Shown: one piece after another, positions 30,242 to 39,520 of the stretch
Layout of the letters: each line of letters opens with the position of its first letter
How positions within the stretch are numbered: position 1 is the first letter of the stretch
Source of the DNA: an uncultured Methylomirabilota bacterium
GTDB lineage: Bacteria > Methylomirabilota > Methylomirabilia > Methylomirabilales > 2-02-FULL-66-22
Assembly: GCA_963845565.1 (NCBI GenBank)
Contig: CAWJSJ010000001.1
Coordinates: 128,001-192,000, forward strand
DNA length: 64,000 nucleotides
Direction of reading: 5' to 3'
Translations under genes and position numbers: made by a program
The notes under the pieces: generated by a model
Database searches by the model: none
The model's input: only the letters and a program-made list of their open reading frames with translations
What the model was told of the DNA's origin: nothing

Positions 30242-30817
30242 ATGGTTGAAACGCAGAGTGATCTCCCTGCCGCGGCGCTGAGCCACCTGGATGGTCTCTA
30301 TAATCTTGCCCGCTGGCTGGTCCGCGATCCGGCGGAGGCGGAAGACCTCGTTCAAGAGGCATACCTCCACGCCCTGCGAGGCGCCCACCAATTTCAGCCT
30401 GGAACCAATCTCCGCGCCTGGTTGTTTCAGATACTGAGGAACGTTTTCTACACCCAGTACCAGCGGCGCAAGCGCGAGCCGGTGGCCACGGATCCGGAGT
30501 TACTGGACGCGATCGGGGCGGATTCCTCTCCGGATAGAGAAGCGGTCCGTGCCTCCGGCAGTGCTGATGGGACGCTTCGCGCGGATCTCGCGGCGGCCCT
30601 CGAGCGTCTCCCCGAGGAATACCGGTCCGTGGTCCTGCTGGCGGATATCGAGGACTTTACCATGGGGGAGGTCGCCGCCATCATGAAATGCCCGGTGGGC
30701 ACCGTGAAATCGCGATTGTTCCGGGCGCGCGCGATGCTGCAGGAGTTTTTGCGGGACTACCTTCGGGAAACCCCGGCGAGGACCCGGGGTGACGCCCCGG
30801 ATGGCCCCAGCGCTTGA
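30242..30817 (+). CDS. ECF sigma-70 factor
   Basis: AEDLVQE and AWLFQILRN (region 2); CPVGTVKSRLFRAR (region 4). Confidence 0.92.
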   Translation: MVETQSDLPAAALSHLDGLYNLARWLVRDPAEAEDLVQEAYLHALRGAHQFQPGTNLRAWLFQILRNVFYTQYQRRKREPVATDPELLDAIGADSSPDREAVRASGSADGTLRADLAAALERLPEEYRSVVLLADIEDFTMGEVAAIMKCPVGTVKSRLFRARAMLQEFLRDYLRETPARTRGDAPDGPSA

Positions 30818-30835
30818 AGGATCGGAACCGAACCC

Positions 30836-31630
30836 ATGACGTGTCGTGACGTGCGGGAACATCTGACGGATCTGAGCCGGGGGCACTTGTCCGCCGAGGT
30901 GGCGGCGAACGTTCGGGCCCATCTGGTTGGGTGCCCGGCGTGCAGTCAGGCGCTCCGAGGCGAGGAGCAGTTCAGGGCGCTCGTCCGGGGGCACGCGCCG
31001 CGCTATACGGCACCGCCTGCGCTGCAGGCGCGGGTTCGGGCAGCGCTGCGAGATGTCGAGCGACCTCCTCGGACGGTCTGGCGCGACTGGGTCCGGCATC
31101 GCCCCTGGCTGAAGGGTTCCCTGGTCGGTGCGATGGCTGCCGTCGCCATCGTGTGGGCCGGCGGTGCCTGGCTGGCGCGGGACCCCGTGGCCCGACTGGT
31201 TGCCGCCGCGGTGGACGAGCACGTCGAGTACGCGCAGGACACCAAGCATCGGCCGGTCCCAGATGCCGAGGAACTACTCAGGAGGGTACAATCCGAGGCA
31301 GGATTTCTGCTGGGGCCGGTGTTCCGGGGCGACGCCGAGGCGCCGCTGATCTTGGCCGCGGTCACCGAGGTGCGCGGAAACCGGGCGGTGGCCCTGGTCT
31401 ACCGGAACGGACCCGAACGCTACACGACGCTGCTGGTGATGCCCGGTGCGGACGCCGTGATTCCGGCGGAGGATCGGCTGGCGATCGAGAGCTTCAAGCC
31501 GCATCACCGCGTGGCGTCGAGCAAACAGGTGCTGTATTGGAAGCAGCGCGACGTCGCGTGTCTGTTGGTCTCGGATCTCGACCAATCCGGCCTGAGCGCC
31601 ATGTTTCTCAAGGTACGGAAGGCCGCCTGA
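30836..31630 (+). CDS. Zinc-finger (ZAS, HxxxCxxC) transmembrane anti-sigma factor
   Basis: MTC...HLVGCPAC and a single TM segment, directly downstream of the ECF sigma gene. Confidence 0.88.
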   Translation: MTCRDVREHLTDLSRGHLSAEVAANVRAHLVGCPACSQALRGEEQFRALVRGHAPRYTAPPALQARVRAALRDVERPPRTVWRDWVRHRPWLKGSLVGAMAAVAIVWAGGAWLARDPVARLVAAAVDEHVEYAQDTKHRPVPDAEELLRRVQSEAGFLLGPVFRGDAEAPLILAAVTEVRGNRAVALVYRNGPERYTTLLVMPGADAVIPAEDRLAIESFKPHHRVASSKQVLYWKQRDVACLLVSDLDQSGLSAMFLKVRKAA

Positions 31631-31660
31631 GCCGATCCGGGAGCCCATCGGATGGACGCA

Positions 31661-31694
31661 CGAACGCCGGCGGGGCATGCCCCGCCGGCGTTCG
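31661..31694. terminator. Perfect hairpin between convergent genes
   Basis: cgaacgccggcggggcatgccccgccggcgttcg is a perfect 34-bp palindrome. Confidence 0.65.
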
Positions 31695-31725
31695 GTGTGC
31701 GGGAAGGTATGCGCCGCGGCCGCCG

Positions 31726-33429
31726 CTAAAGGATCTGCGACAAGTCCCGCGCCTCGGTATAGTTGGCGTCGATTTCCAGGGCGCGGCGACAGCATCGCTG
31801 GGCGCCGCTCAGGTCGCCTAATTCCTTGAGACACAGGGCCTTGTGATACCAGGCGACCTTGGAGTTCCCGTTGTATCGTAGAGCCTCGTTGAAGCTGGTG
31901 GTGGCTTCGGTCAGCTTTTTCAAATGCAGGAGGCAGATCCCCCGGCTGTTCCAGGCGGTCAACAGGCGGCTTGGATCTCGGATCTCCTTGATGCCCCGGT
32001 CGAAATGGGCCACCGCCTGCTCGTATTCCTCCATGTGCATGAGCGCCGCCCCCAATTCGATGGCGTGCTCGAAATCGCTTCGGCCGGCCGGCGCGCCCCG
32101 GCCGGACCCGGGCGCCTTGGCCTGTGCCAACAGGAAATCCGCCTGGAGTGCAAACGCCAATTCTTGGGTGGTCGCCGCCTTGGCGCAGGCCCGGAAGAGA
32201 TGCCCCTTGATCCCCTTGAGGAACAAGAGTTCCTGGAACTGCGGATGATCCATGTCGCCGGCGATCCGTACCAGCAGGTCGCCCATCAGGCGGTTCATCT
32301 GGAGCACACGCGTCCGTTCCCGGTCGGGGTAGCCGGTGCGACCCTCCCCCTCCGGCGAGAGGTAGCGATCCGTGGGCGTGAAAAGGGTATGGTTGAGAGC
32401 GCTCGGGCTGACGGATAGGAAGCGGTAGAGGCCGGCGCGTTCCCGGTCGGTGGTCCGAAACCTCCAGCGGGCCTCAAGGTATCCCGGCACGTCGCTGGCG
32501 AGATGGGCCGCCGCGAACTGGGAACTGAGAAAACGAAACTTGTTCGGTCCCTCCAGGCACTGGCGGGCCAGGGACAGGAACAGCGCCAGGTCGGCACGGA
32601 GACTGTACCGGTCATTCTTCCAGCGAGGTTGTCCACCCGCTTCGGCCACCGCCACATTCTCTCGCAGAAGATCCTGGATCACTTCGCGCACGTCGGCGAG
32701 CGGCTCCCGCACCTCTTTGGTGAGAGCCTCCAGGTTGCGCGGGATCATGTCCAGCATGGTGAGAAACAGTTTATCCCGGAGGTGCGTATCGATCAGTCGC
32801 TTGCCGTCCAGGGCCGGGTCGAGCCGCTTGATCTCCCGGGCGACCACGCGCGAGACCAGTTCGCCGTGGGATGCCAGGACGGCGAATCCGGTCGGCTTGC
32901 GCCCGGTCATGATCATCTGCACCCAGTACATCTGCCCTTCGTGAAACGCAAGGAAGCGGGGGCCCGCATCGGTGCGAATGCGGGATTTGATGGCGGGTTC
33001 CACCACCTCGGGAGGGCCGATCAGGCGCGCCCGACGCAGGAGCGCGAGAAGTTTCTCGGGAGCAAAGACGTGGAATTCGCCCTTGCCCTTCTCCTCCATG
33101 CTCGCGTACCATTCGCGCGCGGGGCGGCTGAGCCCGGACAGCGCCAGGAACAGGCCGACCAGACGCCGGTCCTTCTTCTTCCCCTGGGTGTAGGCGGCCA
33201 GGAAACGCTTGAGTTCGTCCGGGCCGACCTCCCGCGGAAGTGCCCGCGCCTTACAGAGAATGGCGGCCTGGGTCGCGCGATGTTTGGCCTTGATCTCGAG
33301 ATCGGTTCCGGCGCTGGAGATCCGCACGCGAAAATCGTCGTAACCAAGTTCATCCAGCAAGCGCTTGACGATTTGATTCAGAAGTCGGCCCTTATCCTTG
33401 GCGGACTCTGCAAGCACCTTGATTGTCAT
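31726..33429 (-). CDS. Mrr-like restriction-endonuclease-fold domain (degenerate) + putative wHTH + TPR repeats
   Basis: The N-terminus KG.LL....LL.ELGY...G.DLEI.A.HR....CKA....VG.DELKRF resembles Mrr_cat. C-terminal TPRs (AWNSRGICL, AWYHKALCL, ALEIDANY.EA). Confidence 0.75.
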   Translation of the reverse strand: MTIKVLAESAKDKGRLLNQIVKRLLDELGYDDFRVRISSAGTDLEIKAKHRATQAAILCKARALPREVGPDELKRFLAAYTQGKKKDRRLVGLFLALSGLSRPAREWYASMEEKGKGEFHVFAPEKLLALLRRARLIGPPEVVEPAIKSRIRTDAGPRFLAFHEGQMYWVQMIMTGRKPTGFAVLASHGELVSRVVAREIKRLDPALDGKRLIDTHLRDKLFLTMLDMIPRNLEALTKEVREPLADVREVIQDLLRENVAVAEAGGQPRWKNDRYSLRADLALFLSLARQCLEGPNKFRFLSSQFAAAHLASDVPGYLEARWRFRTTDRERAGLYRFLSVSPSALNHTLFTPTDRYLSPEGEGRTGYPDRERTRVLQMNRLMGDLLVRIAGDMDHPQFQELLFLKGIKGHLFRACAKAATTQELAFALQADFLLAQAKAPGSGRGAPAGRSDFEHAIELGAALMHMEEYEQAVAHFDRGIKEIRDPSRLLTAWNSRGICLLHLKKLTEATTSFNEALRYNGNSKVAWYHKALCLKELGDLSGAQRCCRRALEIDANYTEARDLSQIL

Positions 33430-33759
33430 CTGGCCTCCGGCCGCCCCACGCGTCGCGCGTTCGCCATGCCGCCGTTGTCCCGTGCCCCGGCCGACGCACG
33501 CTTGCGTCGGGCCAACCCCTCATGGAGAATACCGTGCCGACTACGCCAAGACCGTCGCACGGCGCGGGACATTCCGTCCCGACGTCCCGCCACTTCGGAC
33601 GACAGAGAAAAGCCGTCGCCTCAGAGCGCCGAAGCCGTACGACTCGTTGTTCCTCAGAGTGTCTGACAAGACATCATGCGGCGTCGAAGCCGCGATACGA
33701 TTCACCAAGGCGGATGAAGATGGGCCCTTCTCAGGGGGGAGAAAATAGGCTAATCTGAA

Positions 33760-34010
33760 ATTGATCGACGTCAAAGCTCCCATTTTTACAGCTTTAGTAG
33801 CATACCAACTGGTGGAGCGTCAAGGGGCAACTGGCCAAATCTGCCGAAAAGTCTCATAAAGGCAGTTCGTTCGTAAAAACCTGGTATCGTTGACACCCTG
33901 CCAACAGAATGATGATATTGATAAATATTGTTTCACTAATATTGCTAATTATATGTTTTTAAATGTTATATTAATTATCTAACATAGTAATTCTCAAGCA
34001 GGTGAGAATG
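33760..34010. promoter_or_regulatory. AT-rich divergent regulatory region
   Basis: Sharp AT enrichment (ataaatattgtttcactaatattgctaattatatgtttttaaatgttatattaattat). TTGACA at 33890 on the plus strand and TTGACG-18-TACTAA on the minus strand near 33795-33822. Confidence 0.55.
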
Positions 34011-34254
34011 TGGACAGAAATAGAGATGACGACGGATAGCATCCGAGTGAAGGGCGGTGGAGATCGGCGAGGGGAGGGAGGGCGCTTGGCAGGGATGATC
34101 CAAGCGTGACATCGGCACTGGCGGGGATGCGCACCGTGCGCGATGAGGTCGTGGATTCGGCAGTCAGGATCCGGCGTCTTGAGGGGCGATGCCATCCATC
34201 CCGCATTCCGACGCGGCCGAGGTCTTTCGTTCTGGGCTACAACGGGGATTCGCC

Positions 34255-34943
34255 ATGAAGATTCGACTCAGGCTTTTTGCGTCCGTCAGAGAAATCGTGG
34301 GGGACCGTGAGTTGGTGTTGGAGGTCCCGCAGGGTATCAAGGCCGCAGCCCTGCTGGAACTCCTGGTATCACGGTATCCACGGCTACAGGGACTGGTTCC
34401 TTGCTTGAAAATCGCCGTGAACCAAGAGTACGTGGAGGGTGGGCATGTCTTGGCAGAGGGGGACGAAGTGGCCCTGATTCCTCCGGTGAGTGGCGGGGTG
34501 GACCGCTACGAGGTTGCCGAGACCCCGTTGTCCCTGGACGCACTATGTGCGGCGATAGGGCAGCCTGCGGCCGGCGCCATCGCCAGCTTTTTGGGTATCG
34601 TCCGGGGCGTGTCGCGTGGGCGGCAGGTGATTATTTGGAGTACGACGCGTACCCCGAGATGGCCGTGGCCAAGATGCGACAGATCGGCGAGGAACTCCGT
34701 GACAGGTGGCCGGTGGATCAGGTGGCCATCGTGCATCGGGTGGGGCGTCTCGGCGTCGGGGAGGCGAGCGTGGCGATCGCGATCAGTTCGCCCCACCGGC
34801 ACGAGGCGCTCGCGGCGTGTGCCTACGCCATCGAGCGCCTCAAGGAAGTCGTGCCCATCTGGAAAAAGGAAGTCTGGACCGACGGGGCCGAATGGATCGG
34901 CTCGACCGTGGACGAGTATCGGGAGCTGAGGGACGCTCCGTGA
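34255..34943 (+). pseudogene. moaD-moaE: Molybdopterin synthase MoaD-MoaE fusion with a -1 frameshift near 34629 (probable sequencing error)
   Basis: MoaD (LFAS, AVNQEY, DEVALIPPVSGG) runs into the MoaE N-terminus. The MoaE remainder (YLEYDAY, HRVGRL, LKEVVPIWKKE) is in another frame. One extra G in GTG|GAT restores the frame. Confidence 0.85.
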
Positions 34944-34979
34944 CCGCTCCGGAGGGTCCCTACTTCGACCGCGCCGGGG

Positions 34980-35036
34980 TTAGGAGCCGTTACGAAATAA
35001 CCTATACATCTCTTTCTATTTCGTTACGGCTCCTTA
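34980..35036. mobile_element. Minimal IS remnant/MITE-like inverted repeat with TTA flanks
   Basis: 17-bp arms GGAGCCGTTACGAAATA / TATTTCGTTACGGCTCC (1 mismatch), a 17-nt spacer and TTA on both sides. Confidence 0.5.
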
Positions 35037-35081
35037 TGCCGTTTCGGAATGTCTCCGCTCAACTTATTCTTTGACAACGGC

Positions 35082-37790
35082 TTACCGTGCGCGTTCCCGC
35101 AGAGCCTTCAGCGTCGCCTCCAGCCGCTTGATCTCGTCGCCGTACCCAGCGAAGTTTCCCTGCCGCAACTGGTCCTGAGCCCGTCCGTACTGCTGCAGCG
35201 CCTGATCGACCAGGCCGATCACATTGGTATCCCGCGCCGTCCCGGCCGCCTCGGGCGTCCCGGCGCGCGCCACCGGTTGGAGTTTCCCCCCGCCGAAGAG
35301 CTGTGCCAGCGATACCTCCAGGTTTTCTTCCATGGCGATCTGGTTCCCCATGGAGACGATGACCCGCTTGAGCTCCGGCAGCGAGCCCTTCTCGGCGGCC
35401 AGATAGAGGGGCTGGACGTAGAGCAGGGAGCGCTCGATGGGGATGGCCAGCATGCTTCCGCGGATGACCTGGGAGCCGCGCTGGCTCCACAGGCTGAGCT
35501 GCTGCGAGATGAACGCGTCCTGATCGATCCGGGCCTCGATCTGGCGCGGCCCGTAGATCAGCTTCTGCTTCGGGAAGTTGTAGGCGATGAGTTTGCCGTA
35601 GTGCGGGCCGTCGGAGCGGGCCGCCATCCAGGCGATCATGTTGTCCTTCTTGCTGGGATTGAAGGGGGACAGCAGGATGAACTCCTCGGTCTTTTCGCCG
35701 GGAAGGCGCATGATGGTGTAGTAGGACTCGATCTCGCGCTCTTGACCGTCCATCATGCGCCTCGGGATCGATCCAGAGGTCTTCCTTGTTGTAGAAGACC
35801 TGCGGGTCCTGCATGTGGTACGTGGCGAACATCCGGGCCTGGATGGCAAAGAGGCCCTGCGGGTAGCGGATGTGCGGCCGCAGATCGGCCGGCATGGCGG
35901 AAAGGGGCTGGAAGAGACCCCGGGAACGCCTTGGCGTACGTCTTGATCACCGGGTCGTCGGGCTCGCTCAGATAGAACGCGAGCGTGCCGTGGTAGGCAT
36001 CCACCACCGCCTTCACCGAGTTCCGGATGTAGTTGCCCATCCCTCGGACGGGCTCGGAGTACGGGAACTTGTTGCTGGTGGTGTAGCCGTCGATGATCCA
36101 GACCAGGCGTCCATCCTGCCTGATGACCAGGTAGGGGTCGCGGTCGAACTGGATGAAGGGGGCGGCCTTCTTAACCCGCTCCTCGATCTGGCGGTGGTAC
36201 ATCACCCGGCTCTCGCCGATGATGTCGTTGGACAGGAGGATCTTGACGTCCCCGAAGCGGGCGGCGAAGAGCAGTTTCCGGAACAACGACTGGATCGGCA
36301 CGCCCCCCGTGCCGACGTAGTTCGTGTACACATTCTTGTCGCCCGCGGGATAATCCAGTTCCTGCGCCCGGGTCTTCACGAAGACGTAGTCGTTGCTGAT
36401 CTCGCCGTAGTAGATCTCGGGCCGGGTGACCTTGATCGGCCGGAGGAGACGGGCGGGATGTCCTTGATCCAGAAGTCCGGGAGCCCTTCCGGGGTGATCC
36501 GGTTCACCGGGCCCAGCACGACGCCGTACCCGTGGGTGTACGTGAGCCGCTCGTTGATCCAGATCCGGCTCGGCAGGTTCTTGTAGGACAGCTCGCGCGG
36601 CGAGAGCATGACCTGGCGGAGCTCGCCGTCCACCATGTAGCGATCGTTGTCCACGTCCACGAACTGGTAGTAGGTCCGGATCTCCTGGAGCTGGCCGTAG
36701 GTCACCAGGAGGGGCCGGTGGTCCCAGAGCCGGATGTTCTTGATGGTCGCATCGTTCTTCCGCAGGTCCTCCATCCGCAACGTCTCTTCGGCAGGGAACT
36801 CCTCTTCCTTGATCCGGTCCAGCCCGTACGCCATCCGCGTGTACTTGATGTTCTGCTCGATGTACGGCCGCTCGGCAACCATCTCGTTGGGGACCACGCG
36901 AAAACGCTGCATGGCGTTGGGCAGCACCCCCAGCCCCAGCACGTTGGCCGCCAGCAGGACCCCCAGGGCGATGAGCACCGGCCGGATTCCCCGCCGGCCG
37001 AGCTGCCAGATGCAGAGCGCGGCGCAACCGAGGGCCAGCACCGCCAGGACGCGCAGGGCGGGGAGGTTCGCGTTGATATCGCTGAATCCGGCCCCGAACA
37101 CGATACCCGTCGGGGACAGGAGCAGGTGGTAGGTGTCGAGGTAGTAGCCGCCGGCCTTGACGATCAGCAGGAGCGCGCCGAGGGTGAGCAGGTGCGCGCG
37201 GGCGTAGCGGAGCTGCCGCGGGACCCCGCGGGGTGATCTGGATGCCGCGATGGAGCACGTAGGTGGCCGCCGCCAAGAGGAGGGAAATTGCCAGCGTAAC
37301 GAGCGACCAACTGTACAGCGTTTCCAGCAGCGGCAGCCGAAACACGTAAAAACCGATGTCGCGCCCGAAGAGGGGATCCTGGACGTTGAACGGCTGCCCG
37401 TTCAAGAAGCGGAGGACGGTTTCCCACTGGCCGGCGGCCTGCATGCCGGCCAGGATCCCGAGGATGAGTCGCCCCGGGGAGCAGGAATCGTCGGAACAGC
37501 GGCTCGATCACCAGGCGGCTGGGGAGCCCGAGAGGATCCTCGAGTTCCGTCAAGACGTCGTCGGTCCTGGGTCGTGCGGCCAGCCGCACGTTCAGATACA
37601 CGACCAGCGCGAAGATCAGGCCGCCGGCGACGCCCAGGGCGATCTTGTACCACAGGATGGTGGTGAAAACCGAAGGGAACTTGACCTCCTGGAACCAGAG
37701 ATAGTCCGTATACAGCGGCAGGGCCTGCCCCAGCAGGTTCAGGGCGAGAAAGCCCAGCACGATCGGACCGATGAGGTATCGGGGCAGCAT
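35082..37790 (-). pseudogene. UPF0182 family membrane protein, broken by about 5 frameshifts
   Basis: Family motifs [63 protein letters not shown] and YVQPLYL are spread across frames. Switches occur near 37470, 37210, 36440, 35920 and 35772. Confidence 0.88.
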
Positions 37791-37829
37791 AGTACGCTCC
37801 TTGTTGAAGAGGAGGACGAGGGCTGAGGT

Positions 37830-37859
37830 CTTATAGCCCAGCCCGGAGAGCCTTGTCAA
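37830..37859 (-). promoter_or_regulatory. Sigma70-like promoter of the UPF0182 gene
   Basis: TTGACA-18-TATAAG. Confidence 0.6.
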
Positions 37860-37941
37860 TGTAAAGCGGCGGGGGGAACGACCCCGAAACCCCCGCGGGC
37901 CGCCGCATGACCGCCCGACGGCGCGTTTGCACAGAATTCTC

Positions 37942-37970
37942 TTGACCCACCCCATCCGCGTGAGTAGGCT
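37942..37970 (+). promoter_or_regulatory. Sigma70-like promoter of the RND adaptor gene
   Basis: TTGACC-17-TAGGCT. Confidence 0.5.
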
Positions 37971-38015
37971 CCGGCATCGGTTGCGGACCACTGCGCTGGT
38001 TCCCCGCGGAAGGGT

Positions 38016-39323
38016 GTGAACGTGGGACGTTGGCGACGGACATGTGGCATTGTAGCGTGTGTGGCGCTCCTGGCCGGTCTGGGGTGCTCCCGGGAAAAGT
38101 CCAGCACCCGGGCTGCCAACGCGGCGCCGGGCGAGCGTAAGATCGCCGTGGCCGCGACTCAGGTCGAGGGGCAGGAGGTTCAACGGACAGTCCAGATCGT
38201 CGGGACGCTGATCGCACAGGAAGAGGTCACGCTCGGGACCGAAGTGCCATCGACGGTGGCCAAGATCCTAGTGGACATGGGTGATCGGGTCCAGGTGGGG
38301 CAAGTCGTCATTAAATTGGACGAGCGGGAGGCACGTCTGGAGGTGGAGCGATTGTCGGCCAGCCTCCAAGCCGCGCGGGAATCGCTCGGCCGATCTCAAC
38401 AGGTGCTGGAATCCGGCCGGGCCAACGTGGAGCGGTCGCAGGCCGTCCTGGCCGATGCCAGGATCAACCTCAAACGGTTCGAGGGACTCTTCGGAGAGGG
38501 GGCTATCTCGGCCAGCCAAAGGGACTCCGCCCAGACACAGTTCGACGTGGCGGTGGCCTCGCTCCGCGTCAGCGAAGCGCAGTACGAGAGCGATCGCGCC
38601 TCCGTGAAGAATGCCGAGGCGAGCGTCGTGCAGGCCACGGCGGCGCTGGACATTGCCCGAAAACGATTGCAGGATACGGATGTCGCGTCCCCCATCACCG
38701 GCGTCGTCCGCAAACGTCTGGTGAACGTGGGGGAGACGGTCAAGGAAAAAACCCCGCTGATGAGCCTCGTGGCGACCAACGCCTTGAAGCTGCAAGGGGA
38801 TGTCCCGGAGCGGTTCGCTCCCCAGATCAGCGTCGGCCGTGCGGTGCGCGTGGAAGTGGAGGCGTATCCGGACCAGACGCACCCCGGCACCATTACTCGG
38901 GTCAGTCCCGCGGTGGACGTGGAGAGCCGGAGTTTCCAGGTGGAAGCCTCCGTCCCGAATCCTAAGGGTCTCCTCAAACCCGGGTTCTTTGCCAAAGCCT
39001 CGATCCTGGTCGGCGCCGAGCGGAATGTCCCGTTTGTTCCCGAAGAGGCCGTGGCGAGCTTTGCGGGAATCGTGAAGGTGTACGCCATCGTCGACGGCAA
39101 GGCCGAGGAGCGTCGGGTGAAAACCGGAGTCCGGCGGGACGGCCGGGTGGAAATTCTGGATGGGGTGAAGGTGGGGGAGACGGTCGCCACCTCGAGCCTC
39201 GGCCAGCTCGCCACCGGCACGGCCGTGACGCTCGGGGCCGGGCCCCGCAACGGCGGCGGACCTGCCGTAGGCGAAAACGGCCGGCCGGGAGCATCACCCA
39301 AGAACACCCAGAAGTCATCCTAG
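38016..39323 (+). CDS. RND efflux periplasmic adaptor (MFP) subunit
   Basis: Lipobox LGC, VDMGDRV..GQ lipoyl half, long coiled coil, SPITGVV and LKPGFFA. Confidence 0.92.
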   Translation: MNVGRWRRTCGIVACVALLAGLGCSREKSSTRAANAAPGERKIAVAATQVEGQEVQRTVQIVGTLIAQEEVTLGTEVPSTVAKILVDMGDRVQVGQVVIKLDEREARLEVERLSASLQAARESLGRSQQVLESGRANVERSQAVLADARINLKRFEGLFGEGAISASQRDSAQTQFDVAVASLRVSEAQYESDRASVKNAEASVVQATAALDIARKRLQDTDVASPITGVVRKRLVNVGETVKEKTPLMSLVATNALKLQGDVPERFAPQISVGRAVRVEVEAYPDQTHPGTITRVSPAVDVESRSFQVEASVPNPKGLLKPGFFAKASILVGAERNVPFVPEEAVASFAGIVKVYAIVDGKAEERRVKTGVRRDGRVEILDGVKVGETVATSSLGQLATGTAVTLGAGPRNGGGPAVGENGRPGASPKNTQKSS

Positions 39324-39520
39324 GGGCCATATCACCCGCTGCGCACACGACCGTGACGCCTCGTGTTTTCCATTCAACCCACTTCGTTCGGGACGCTTCC
39401 CGGGCATGCGGATCGCCTGCGAGCCGCCGTTCCTGCGCCACTTGACGGCGCGCTTCGAACCGCTTCGTTAAGGGGCCGCTCCCACGACACCCAAAGGAAA
39501 AACCCGAGAGGAGACAGGGC

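Noticed and set aside
33541..33783. 80-aa ORF upstream of the Mrr-TPR gene
   Set aside because: No SD, atypical codon usage and no motif. Cannot be supported as coding.
34620..34640. Programmed ribosomal frameshift in moaD-moaE
   Set aside because: No slippery sequence is present, the shift falls inside the MoaE domain, and it lies in a cluster of probable indel errors.
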